Assembly (NCBI GenBank): GCA_963663035.1 | Contig: OY760074.1 | Location: 1,824,001-1,888,000 of the forward strand | DNA length: 64,000 bases | Source: Acidobacteriota bacterium | GTDB taxonomy: Bacteria; Acidobacteriota; UBA6911; RPQK01; JADFOI01 | Reading direction: 5' to 3' | Shown: positions 18,749-27,717 of the stretch, one piece after another | Layout: each line of letters opens with the position of its first letter | Position numbering within the stretch: the stretch's first letter is position 1 | Position numbers and translations under genes: made by a program | The notes under the pieces: generated by a model | Database searches by the model: none | Told to the model about the DNA's origin: nothing | Seen by the model: the letters and a program-made list of their open reading frames with translations, nothing else

Positions 18749-20620
18749 ATGAAGAAGCACCACCTTTGGATCCTCGCTATAGCGATAGCCGCCAGCATCA
18801 GTCTGGGCTCTGCGCAGCAAGCTGCGGACACGATTTTGCACAATGGGAAGGTTCTGACCGTTGACGCCAATTTCAGCGTTGCGGAAGCGGTGGCGGTCGG
18901 CGACAGCCGGATTCTGGCGGTGGGAACCAACGATGATGTTCTGAAACTGGCCGGGCCCAACACGCTCAAGATTGACTTGAAGGGAAGGACGGTGACCCCG
19001 GGGCTGATCCATACACACGTGCATGTGGAAACACCCAACGACCCTCCCTGGAGTTACGGCGATGACCTGCCCGCCTCGATACGCAAGAAATATCCTTTGA
19101 ACTTTAGACTGGTGAAAACCAAGGACGACGTCCTCAAGCAGATCCAGGACATTATCGAGGCTTTCCAGTTCAAGCCGGGCGAGTGGATCTACTTCCTCAG
19201 CAATCCGAGTGCAGATCAGGCTGGGGTGCTCCTTGAGGAGCTCGACCGGTGGGAACTGGACAAGGTCGCTCCAGACAATCCCATCATTGTCACCACCGGG
19301 GTACCCGTCCTGAACATGCTGCTGATCAACAGCAAGGCCATTGAAGAGCTGTGGAGCAAGCACGGAGACTTTATTGAAACCTACGGGCGTTACTGGATCG
19401 ACGCGTCGGGCAGGCCGGAAGGTCATGTGGAGCCTCCGGCCGTCCGTATCCTTCTCCAGGAGTTTGTGCCTCAGCCTGCGGTAGACGTCGTTGCCCCGAT
19501 CTTCAGGAAAATTCTCCAGGAACGGTCAGCATTGGGTGTCACCACCATCTCAGGGGGTCTCCATGCTGCCGCCCTGGAGGCCTATCAATGGCTCAACTCC
19601 CGAGGCGAAATGCCGATGAGATATGGCTACGGTGTCAGTTGGACGTTTGGGCAGCCAGGAGCGGACATGAAGCAGTTTGAAATGGGGGCTGGCACGGACA
19701 TGCTGTGGGTTGTTGCGATGAGTGCCCGGGCGGCGGACGGGTTGGGCTCCAGAATGTGCATTTCGCTGGAGAGAGACTCCCAGGCAGCGGCCGCTGTTAC
19801 GGGAGAGGCTGCCAGGCTGGTCGGGCTGTCGGCCGTTTCCGAGTGGTGGCCACGAGGCCAATGCCACCTGGACATCGAGTACGGAGGAGCAACCAAGGGA
19901 GCCGGCATCAAGGCCAACTACTTCGCGGAGTGGTACAGCCAGCTGGCCCGGGACGGTCTGCGCTCCGCTAATACCGGCATGTCTGGGGATGAGACCCACA
20001 CCCGCTTTCTCTCGGCACTGGAGAACATCGACCGGGCCATGCCGGGATCGGTCAAAGGCTGGGCCATGGACCACTGCGACTTGATCGATCCGGTGGACAT
20101 TCCGCGGGCAGCCAAGCTCGGACTGATGTGGAGCTGTAGACCCCGAAACATCCTGCGCAACAGTCTGGAGGTGGCTGCGGCCTTTGGCGAGCAGGCTGCC
20201 CATACCTATCCGCTGCCGATCAAGTCGATGGTCGAGGCAGGTATAAACGTCTCCCTGGAGGGGGAGTGGCTGGCCCTGGAAACCCTGATCACGCGAAAGG
20301 ACGACAAAGGCAATGTGTGGGGACCCGATCAACGGATGGACCGGGTAACCGTTCTGAGGATCGCCACCCAGAACGGGGCCAATTACGTCCTCAAAGGGGA
20401 CCAGCTCGGCTCCCTCGAGCCGGGAAAGTTTGCCGACCTGGTGATCCTTGATCGAGACTACATGACCGTGCCGGAAGACGATATTTCAGAAATCCAATCC
20501 CTGATGACCATGTTGGGGGGCAAGCTCATCTTCCTGCGTCCCGATTTGGCCGACGAACTCAACATGAGGCCCGCCGGCGCGTTGATCAGCACCTACGAGG
20601 AATTGCTGGCGCGCCGCTAG
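18749..20620 (+). CDS. Secreted amidohydrolase family 3 protein
   Basis: Signal peptide, ADTILHNGKVLTVD, GRTVTPGLIHTHVH, GSLEPGKFADLVILD. Confidence 0.87.
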   Translation: MKKHHLWILAIAIAASISLGSAQQAADTILHNGKVLTVDANFSVAEAVAVGDSRILAVGTNDDVLKLAGPNTLKIDLKGRTVTPGLIHTHVHVETPNDPPWSYGDDLPASIRKKYPLNFRLVKTKDDVLKQIQDIIEAFQFKPGEWIYFLSNPSADQAGVLLEELDRWELDKVAPDNPIIVTTGVPVLNMLLINSKAIEELWSKHGDFIETYGRYWIDASGRPEGHVEPPAVRILLQEFVPQPAVDVVAPIFRKILQERSALGVTTISGGLHAAALEAYQWLNSRGEMPMRYGYGVSWTFGQPGADMKQFEMGAGTDMLWVVAMSARAADGLGSRMCISLERDSQAAAAVTGEAARLVGLSAVSEWWPRGQCHLDIEYGGATKGAGIKANYFAEWYSQLARDGLRSANTGMSGDETHTRFLSALENIDRAMPGSVKGWAMDHCDLIDPVDIPRAAKLGLMWSCRPRNILRNSLEVAAAFGEQAAHTYPLPIKSMVEAGINVSLEGEWLALETLITRKDDKGNVWGPDQRMDRVTVLRIATQNGANYVLKGDQLGSLEPGKFADLVILDRDYMTVPEDDISEIQSLMTMLGGKLIFLRPDLADELNMRPAGALISTYEELLARR

Positions 20621-20652
20621 AGGTACCCAGGCACCAACGGAGGTTCATAGTT

Positions 20653-22560
20653 ATGAGAAAAACGCGTTTGGCCGTTCTGGCGGCTTTTGTGGTGGTCCAC
20701 TTTCTTTGTGCAGGCACGGCATGGGCCCAGCAGAGCAGTGACCAAATCTATTACAACGGGAAGATCGTCACAGTAGATGACGCCGCTTTCACTTCCCAGC
20801 TAGGCACCATTGCCGAGGCCATGCATGTCAGAGATGGCAAGATTGTCCAGGTAGGGGCAAACGGGCAGATTCGAGCCCTGGCAGGAGCGGATACCCGGTT
20901 AATCGACCTCAACGGGAGAACGGTCCTTCCTGGCTTCATCTTGACGCACGAGCACCCCTGGGACTGGAACCCGGTGGAGCCGCCCGTACTGAAGAGTATT
21001 CTCAATGACGGCAATGTCGTTGCACGGTATTTAGAGGACAGTCCGGAAGAGAATCTGAAGGCCTTCCCGGGTGTGCTGGCGGAAGCGGTTCAAAAGGCCA
21101 GGCCAGGGCAATGGATCTATATTGTTTTCACTTACGGAAAACACTATGAGTATGCTCCCTGGGGCACGGGACGCTTCGGTCGAAAGGGCCTGGACCCGAA
21201 GTCATTTGATTCTATCGGTGAAGGGCTCATCACCAAGAGCGACCTGGACGCCGCGGCACCCGACAATCCTGTCGTACTGAGAGACGTGTTTGTTTCCATG
21301 CTCCTGAATCAAAGAGCGGTTGAGGAGTCCCGTAAAGTGTATCCGCAAGAGAACATCAACCGTGTCCAGGATGACACGGGACTGGGGGCCAGTTTCCGGT
21401 GGATGTTCCAGGACGTGGTCATGAAGGATCACTATCCGGAACTCGTGGAGTTGATGCGACGTGGACTCGAGTGGTGGGCAGGCTATGGAATGACGACCTT
21501 TGCCTCCAATACGTATGACCCTCTCAACGTCAAGGTCTATAGCGAGCTGGACCAGCAGGGACGAATGCCGGTCCGGCAGATGTGGACCTGGAATTGGCGC
21601 GAGGAAGATTTCCTGAGCGATCCCTACTTTCTCAGTGCCTTCGTGAGTTTCACAGGGGCTGGTTCGGACTACTTCTGGTTTGGTGGGGGAGGAGTGACTC
21701 AGGGGGGCCGGTGCACCTCAGCTCGAACTCTGGAATCCTCCAGGCTCGCCAACACCGAAGACTTGCAGGTATGGAAGCAGGCCCGTGAAATGAATTGCAC
21801 CTTTCTTCCAGACTCGGATAACGCTCGCTTGCTCTACGACTACATCAAGGCAGGAGGACGATTTGCCAACTACCATATGATCGGCGACCGGGATATTGAT
21901 AATGTTCTGAATGTCATCCTTACAGCCAGTCGGGATGCCGGAATGACCGAGCAGGACATTCGTGACAAGCGGCATACGTTCGATCACAGCATCATGTTTC
22001 CTCGTCCCGATCAGGTGGGACTGTTCAAGAGGCTGGGAATCGTTTCCAGCGGCACCCCATTTGAAATTCATCTCGGTTCTCCTGCGGTCCTCGATCTTTA
22101 CGGCGAAGGAGTGCTCACCTGGCTGGTTCCGAAGAAGCGGTTGGTCGAGGCGGGAGTTTACAACACCCTGGAACTGGACCATGCCATTGGAAGCTCTGAC
22201 TTGACGATCTTCTCTGGTCTTTACTGGATGATTACCAGGAAGGCATGGGATGGAAAAATTTACGCCGTCGACCAGGCGGTGGATAGGGAGACGGCGTTGA
22301 AGATCGCGACGACCTGGGGCGCTTATTATGTGTTGCGCGAAGACGTCCTGGGCTCCCTGGAACCGGGCAAGTGGGCAGACTTCATCGTACTGGACAAGGA
22401 TTACCTCACTGTTCCAGTAGACGAAATTGCCGACCTGCGAGTCCTCATGACCGTGAGTGGAGGCAAGGTGGTTCACCTGGTCCCCTCCCTGGCGGGGGAG
22501 ATCGGGATGCAGCCAACAGGCGCACAGGTAACGGTAGGCGGGGCTGCAGCAAATTGGTGA
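20653..22560 (+). CDS. Secreted amidohydrolase family 3 protein
   Basis: Signal peptide AWA/QQ, GRTVLPGFILTHEH, HMIGD, GSLEPGKWADFIVLD. Confidence 0.87.
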   Translation: MRKTRLAVLAAFVVVHFLCAGTAWAQQSSDQIYYNGKIVTVDDAAFTSQLGTIAEAMHVRDGKIVQVGANGQIRALAGADTRLIDLNGRTVLPGFILTHEHPWDWNPVEPPVLKSILNDGNVVARYLEDSPEENLKAFPGVLAEAVQKARPGQWIYIVFTYGKHYEYAPWGTGRFGRKGLDPKSFDSIGEGLITKSDLDAAAPDNPVVLRDVFVSMLLNQRAVEESRKVYPQENINRVQDDTGLGASFRWMFQDVVMKDHYPELVELMRRGLEWWAGYGMTTFASNTYDPLNVKVYSELDQQGRMPVRQMWTWNWREEDFLSDPYFLSAFVSFTGAGSDYFWFGGGGVTQGGRCTSARTLESSRLANTEDLQVWKQAREMNCTFLPDSDNARLLYDYIKAGGRFANYHMIGDRDIDNVLNVILTASRDAGMTEQDIRDKRHTFDHSIMFPRPDQVGLFKRLGIVSSGTPFEIHLGSPAVLDLYGEGVLTWLVPKKRLVEAGVYNTLELDHAIGSSDLTIFSGLYWMITRKAWDGKIYAVDQAVDRETALKIATTWGAYYVLREDVLGSLEPGKWADFIVLDKDYLTVPVDEIADLRVLMTVSGGKVVHLVPSLAGEIGMQPTGAQVTVGGAAANW

Positions 22561-22591
22561 GTTTGCCCCCAAACACAAGGGAGGATCTATC

Positions 22592-24241
22592 ATGAACCGG
22601 ATAGCATACTGGATGTCGCTATTGTCTACGAGCTCTGTATTGGCTTTGTTCTTAGGCTGCGGCGAATCAGCAACCTTGTCGGAAGCACAAGCCGCTTGTG
22701 AAGCCCTGACGGGGACGCGAAATCTCACCATTACTTTGGCTCAACTGGTGGAGGCCACCGATACGACTCCGCAGTACTGCTATGTCAAAGGAGTCATCTC
22801 ACCCGCCATCGGCTTTCATGTGCAACTTCCCCTCCCTGAGAATTGGAATGGCCGCTTTCTCAATTGGGGGGATGGCGGCAAGGACGGGGATCTGGATTTC
22901 GCTGACTCTCGCCTGGCCCAGGGCTACTCCGTGGCCAACAGCAACCTGGGTCACGACAGTGGGGCGGAACCTGCAGCATCCTTCGGCTTCAACAACCGCC
23001 AGGCGGAAATCGATTTTGGCTACCGGGCGGTGCATCTGACCGTCAACGCGGCCAAGACGGTCATCAACGCCTATTACGATCAGGACCCGCAGTACTCCTA
23101 CCACGAGGGCTGCTCGACCGGTGGTCGTCAGGGATTGATGGAAGCCCAGCGCTTCCCCTATGATTTTGACGGAATCGTTGTGGGTGATCCCGTGAATTTC
23201 TATCAGGCGCTGAACATCAGCCATCTCTGGAAGTTGCAGCGGATGTATCTCAATGACTTTGCGGGCATGTTGGCCTATGACACCGACGGGGACGGCTCCT
23301 TCGACAGCTTAAAAAAACTGGAAACTCTGGCGGAAGCGGTACTGGATAAATGTGACGCTATTGACGGAATCAGCGACGGTGTGATCGACAATCCCCTCCT
23401 CTGTGAATTCGACCCCGACCTGGAATTGGCCGATCTGATGTGCTCCGGTGACGTGAACGCCGATGGCTGTTTCACTACTGCACAGCTGCAAACGATTAAG
23501 GATTTCTATGCCGGGGCTTACGACAGCAATGGGGTCACCGTTCTCAAGGGAAAGGCTTTTGGTACCGAGATGCAATGGGCCGGTCGCTATATCCCCTATG
23601 AAGGGAACTCATTTAACCCATCGATTTTGCGGAATTCGACCAATCACATCAACTATCTCTTTTACGAAACCGATCCCGGTGTCCCCGTGCCGGATCCATC
23701 TGATCTCTCTCATATCCCGGATTCGACAAGCGTGCCGCCTGAAATTGCCTGGTGGGACTTCAATATCGACGATATCACGGCCGGTCTAGGGGACCTCATG
23801 AGCTCCATTACAGACGCCACTGACCCAAACTTAAAGCGATTTTCTCTTGATCACGGCGGCAAACTGATTCTCTACAACGGTTGGGCCGATCCATCGCCTC
23901 CAGGCGAGGTTCTTCTGGATTACTACAACGACGTAGCCGCCACCACTTTCGCTGGTGATATCACCACCACCAGAGAGAATGTACGGTTGTTCCTGGCCCC
24001 GGGGATGGGCACCTGCGGAGGTGGGCCCGGTCCCAATGAGTGGGACAAGCTGGGTCCGCTGGTGGAGTGGGTGGAGAATGGCAATGAGCCTGACTTCGTG
24101 GTAGCGACCCACAGCACGGAGGGTGTGGTGGACAACCAAAGGCGGATTTGTGCTTACCCGGAGGTGGCCGTCTACACCGGTCCTGCTGGCGGGGAAAACG
24201 ATCCTGCCAACTGGGTGGAAAGCAACTTTACCTGTCAGTAA
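22592..24241 (+). CDS. Tannase/feruloyl esterase family lipoprotein (catalytic His replaced by Thr)
   Basis: FLGC lipobox, LPENWNGRF, GCSTGGRQG, GWADP, PGMGTCGGGPGP. Confidence 0.88.
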   Translation: MNRIAYWMSLLSTSSVLALFLGCGESATLSEAQAACEALTGTRNLTITLAQLVEATDTTPQYCYVKGVISPAIGFHVQLPLPENWNGRFLNWGDGGKDGDLDFADSRLAQGYSVANSNLGHDSGAEPAASFGFNNRQAEIDFGYRAVHLTVNAAKTVINAYYDQDPQYSYHEGCSTGGRQGLMEAQRFPYDFDGIVVGDPVNFYQALNISHLWKLQRMYLNDFAGMLAYDTDGDGSFDSLKKLETLAEAVLDKCDAIDGISDGVIDNPLLCEFDPDLELADLMCSGDVNADGCFTTAQLQTIKDFYAGAYDSNGVTVLKGKAFGTEMQWAGRYIPYEGNSFNPSILRNSTNHINYLFYETDPGVPVPDPSDLSHIPDSTSVPPEIAWWDFNIDDITAGLGDLMSSITDATDPNLKRFSLDHGGKLILYNGWADPSPPGEVLLDYYNDVAATTFAGDITTTRENVRLFLAPGMGTCGGGPGPNEWDKLGPLVEWVENGNEPDFVVATHSTEGVVDNQRRICAYPEVAVYTGPAGGENDPANWVESNFTCQ

Positions 24242-24275
24242 ATGTGAGAAATATCGGTCTTTTGGGGAGGTTTCC

Positions 24276-25952
24276 ATGCGGATAAGACGAAAGCAACTCA
24301 TCTGTCTCTTCATCATTGCTGCGACACTTACTTTCTTGAGGCACAGCAGCCAACTGCTATGGGGACAAACTTCAGCCAGCCAGTCCATTTTCTCTTCTGG
24401 TAAAGAATTCATGGTTCCCCAGAAAGAGGTGAACGGGAAACTCATTGGCCAGGAAGATGCCCTGTTGCAGGAATCTGTCGTGACAGATCTCGGTCGCCGC
24501 TATCTGCGAGTGGACGTGGGAGTCACCGGGACTCTGGAGGGGTGGGTGGTCAAGGAAGGTCCCAGAGGCAACCACTTCACCTCTGAGCCGGGTTTTGCTT
24601 TCACTCAGACCGGAAATGAGTATCCACGCTTCCACGGGACATTGAGATACCAGGCCTCCCGGGGTACCGCTATGACCATCATCTATCCGGAGGGCGGGAC
24701 GGGGTGGAACGGAAAACTATTCATCATGGTTCACGGCTCGGGGGGATCCTTTCTGGGGGAGACACTGAAACCCTGGAATCAGAACTTCAAGCGGTCACAG
24801 CCTTGGGAAGATATCAGTAAATACGAGAGACTGATGCTGGATAAGGGCTATGCCATCGCCAAAACAAGACGCAATGCCGGCAGTCCGGGTGACTATGCAG
24901 TGACCTTGGATGATGGGGAAATCCTGCAGGGACGAAATCTCAACGTACACACCGGCTTGATTTTGGGCATGGTGCAATTGGCCGAGAATCTTCTGCAGGC
25001 CCGCTTGGGAGAGAAACCTTCGCGCACCTATTGGTACGGCCATTCCGGTGGTGGAATGAAGGGAAGGATGGTGAACTACCTCCCGGGAGTGAATCGCAAT
25101 GAGAATGGAGAGCCGATCATTGACGGGTTCCTGAACGATGATTCCGGCGGCGGAAGGTACCTTCCCATCTTGGAGAAAAATGGCCGGGATACCCTGCTGT
25201 TAACGGAAAAGGAGCGGCAGCAATTTGCCAAAACCATCGAAATCAGCCATCAACTCTACAATGGCCGACTGAACGTTCCGAGTGTTCCCCCCTGGATGTC
25301 TCAAGTGTATCTCATCAACAAAAGATTGAATGCCCAGGTACTCCAAGAGAAAGGCCTTGGAGAGAAGATACGAATGTATGAGGTGAGAGGGATCAGTCAC
25401 CAGGGTGGCGAATACCTGGAAGAGGGTAGGGACGGAGACATTGTCGTTCTGGACCTGTCGCGAATCATGGACTCCCTGATTGATCTTTTGGACAACTGGG
25501 TGGAAAAGGACAGCGTACCTCCTCCCACCAAATCCGACTGGTTGGAGCTGGGCGACACTGATGGCGACGGCAAGATCGAAAACGAAGCTATCGCCATGCC
25601 CGAGCTTGCCTGTCCTCTGGGGATGTTCTTTCAGTTTCCCCCCAGCATGGAAGAAGGAGGGAGCGGATGGACGGGTTTTGCCCCCTTCGATGGCCAGAGC
25701 CTCGAGCCCCAGGATGGGCGCGGAGTCTTTGTCGATATGAACCTGAACAGATATCAAGATCACCGGGAAAGTGTAGAGGAAGCCTGGCACAGACTCGGCC
25801 TCTTGAAGCCCGCTGAGAAGTTCACTCGTGCCAAATACCAAGCCTGCGTCGAGGCTTCGGTAGCGAAGTTACAGCAGGAGAGGTTCTTCACTGAACAGGT
25901 GGCCAGCCTGTATATCCAGCAGGCATCAGAGACAGATTTCCCAGGGCAGTGA
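24276..25952 (+). CDS. Secreted alpha/beta-hydrolase-fold protein of unknown specificity
   Basis: GGGGAGG RBS, signal-like N-terminus, WNGKLF, YWYGHSGGG nucleophile elbow, YEVRGISH. Confidence 0.65.
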   Translation: MRIRRKQLICLFIIAATLTFLRHSSQLLWGQTSASQSIFSSGKEFMVPQKEVNGKLIGQEDALLQESVVTDLGRRYLRVDVGVTGTLEGWVVKEGPRGNHFTSEPGFAFTQTGNEYPRFHGTLRYQASRGTAMTIIYPEGGTGWNGKLFIMVHGSGGSFLGETLKPWNQNFKRSQPWEDISKYERLMLDKGYAIAKTRRNAGSPGDYAVTLDDGEILQGRNLNVHTGLILGMVQLAENLLQARLGEKPSRTYWYGHSGGGMKGRMVNYLPGVNRNENGEPIIDGFLNDDSGGGRYLPILEKNGRDTLLLTEKERQQFAKTIEISHQLYNGRLNVPSVPPWMSQVYLINKRLNAQVLQEKGLGEKIRMYEVRGISHQGGEYLEEGRDGDIVVLDLSRIMDSLIDLLDNWVEKDSVPPPTKSDWLELGDTDGDGKIENEAIAMPELACPLGMFFQFPPSMEEGGSGWTGFAPFDGQSLEPQDGRGVFVDMNLNRYQDHRESVEEAWHRLGLLKPAEKFTRAKYQACVEASVAKLQQERFFTEQVASLYIQQASETDFPGQ

Positions 25953-25956
25953 GCGG

Positions 25957-27408
25957 TTAATCCTCGGGATCGCTATTGCGAAAGGCATCGGGGATCTTTT
26001 CCAAGCGCTCTTTGGGAATAAAGTCGTGAAGTTTGATGCGCTTCATGTCCTCTTCCGGGAACATGGTGGGGATCAGGAAGGGCTCGGGGGGAGCGGGCCG
26101 GGTGGCGTCGATTCCCGCCTTGGAGCCCCAATGGTGTTCGATGGACGGGTCAACGATGCTGCACATCACGTCCTTGATAATGACCCAATCCTTATCCGGT
26201 TGCGCGCGCGTCCCCACAGCCCAAAACACCATTCGTTCATCGTAGATATCAACGTCATCGTCGACCACGATGACATGCTTGATTCCATAATTGGCGGTCA
26301 GGGCGGCGTGTATGGCCGTTTTGGCCTGGCCCTCGGCTGTTTTCTTGATCTGGATAAAACAAAAGCCTAGACCGTCAACGCCTCCCGCATGGGGCAGCAG
26401 GTAAACCCTAGTCACCTGGGGAACCACCTGCTTGACCATATCGTAGACCTTGAACTCCCGCGCCAGTCCCTGAAAGGCATGATTGCGCCCGATAGCGTAA
26501 TTGGACCACAGCGGATTCTTGCGCTGGGTGATGCAACTGATCTTCATGTAGGGGCACCAACGCTGAGCTCCAATGTGACGGGTGTACTCGCTGTAAGGAC
26601 CCTCCGCGGTGCGCTCCATGGCAAGAATCTCACCCTCGATCACGATCTCCGCATCAGCCGGCACCATGAAATCATCACCCAGGGTCTCAGAGGCGACCAA
26701 TCGCAGCGGTTCACCCAACAGTCCACCGCAGATCTCAAAATGGCTTTCCGGATAACCCATTTTGGTCTGCGAGGCCATGAGCACGTTCGGATGCAGTCCC
26801 TCCACCACAGCGCACTTCATGTTCTTATTGTGCTCCTGTTCGTGCTTATAAAAATTCATGGAGTTGTGGTTATCCGGAGAAAACAGGAAGGCGATCTTGT
26901 CCTTGCCCTGGATTTCACCTCGATGGATCCCCATGTTGTCGACATGGATTTCCGGATGATAGGTGATCATGGGGGCCAGGGAAACGTAGGGATGGGGCAG
27001 CATAAGATACGGTTGATAGGCAGGGTAACGCTGCATATCCACATCATCGCCCTTCAGGATTTCCTCTTTCACCGGTGCCTCGCTTCGATCGACAACGACG
27101 GGCTTTTGCTTGTTTTCGAGGGACAGACGACGCCAGTCGTGGGAGACGGCTTCCCAGGTGGAATTCAAGGCATAGGCCAACTTACTTCGTGAGCCGATCT
27201 CATTCATGATCACTTCGTATTCGGAGGTCTCACCATTGCACAAAATGGGGTTTTTGATGCGCAGCAAGGGAAACTTGCGCTCACGATCCAGGAGATCGAC
27301 CAGAATTCCGATCTCATGCTTGAGACTGATGGGCCTTTCAATCGTGATCACATCTTCGGGATGGTCCCGTTCGTACTCTTTCAAAAAATGACGCAAATCT
27401 TTCGCCAC
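25957..27408 (-). CDS. UbiD-family (prFMN-dependent) decarboxylase
   Basis: DLRHFL N-terminus, NMGIHR, VPADAEIVIEG, EGPYSEYT, KHVIVVDDDVDIYD, KAGIDAT. Confidence 0.92.
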   Translation of the reverse strand: MAKDLRHFLKEYERDHPEDVITIERPISLKHEIGILVDLLDRERKFPLLRIKNPILCNGETSEYEVIMNEIGSRSKLAYALNSTWEAVSHDWRRLSLENKQKPVVVDRSEAPVKEEILKGDDVDMQRYPAYQPYLMLPHPYVSLAPMITYHPEIHVDNMGIHRGEIQGKDKIAFLFSPDNHNSMNFYKHEQEHNKNMKCAVVEGLHPNVLMASQTKMGYPESHFEICGGLLGEPLRLVASETLGDDFMVPADAEIVIEGEILAMERTAEGPYSEYTRHIGAQRWCPYMKISCITQRKNPLWSNYAIGRNHAFQGLAREFKVYDMVKQVVPQVTRVYLLPHAGGVDGLGFCFIQIKKTAEGQAKTAIHAALTANYGIKHVIVVDDDVDIYDERMVFWAVGTRAQPDKDWVIIKDVMCSIVDPSIEHHWGSKAGIDATRPAPPEPFLIPTMFPEEDMKRIKLHDFIPKERLEKIPDAFRNSDPED

Positions 27409-27451
27409 AGTTTCTCCTTATAGATGGTGCGTGGGCGCTAGGCAGTGCGCC

Positions 27452-27616
27452 TCACACTTCGACCCGTTCCGCTTCCTTGGCCGTGAATTCAGCCAGGCAC
27501 CAACAACAGCGGCAAAACGGCTTCGTGCCTGTAGACGGATGAGTTTCCTTGAGCATGAGAAGCTCAACATAAAACCGCTTGTGACATTTTGGACAGGTAA
27601 TCCAGGCAACTTTCAT
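27452..27616 (-). CDS. 54-aa zinc-ribbon-like small protein (not in the ORF track)
   Basis: Hand translation MKVAWITCPKCHKRFYVELLMLKETHPSTGTKPFCRCCWCLAEFTAKEAERVEV; AAGGGAG RBS; lies between a promoter and the UbiD gene. Confidence 0.75.
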   Translation of the reverse strand: MKVAWITCPKCHKRFYVELLMLKETHPSTGTKPFCRCCWCLAEFTAKEAERVEV

Positions 27617-27645
27617 GACAAAATGCTCCCTTTAGGGCTTCTCTA

Positions 27646-27690
27646 GCTAATAAGGACCTATATGCTAATAGGACCACTCCCGAGAGTCAA
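27646..27690 (-). promoter_or_regulatory. Sigma70 promoter with overlapping direct-repeat operator
   Basis: Minus strand TTGACT-17-TAGCAT (27690..27662); direct repeat GCTAATA(A)GGACC at 27646-27658 and 27664-27675. Confidence 0.6.
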
Positions 27691-27717
27691 GGACAGGAAT
27701 TGTAGGCGTATCTCTTG

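Noticed and set aside
19550-22731. Long antisense ORFs (19550..20332, 21718..22731 and similar ones elsewhere)
   Set aside because: Shadow frames of well-supported genes in GC-rich DNA, with no recognisable motifs
27581-27595. CPKCH as a c-type heme site in the 54-aa protein
   Set aside because: No export signal, and a second Cys cluster fits a zinc ribbon better
27418-27646. Track ORFs 27418..27609 (-) and 27431..27646 (+)
   Set aside because: The alternative frame 27452..27616 has an RBS, an ATG and a coherent Cys motif, so it is preferred
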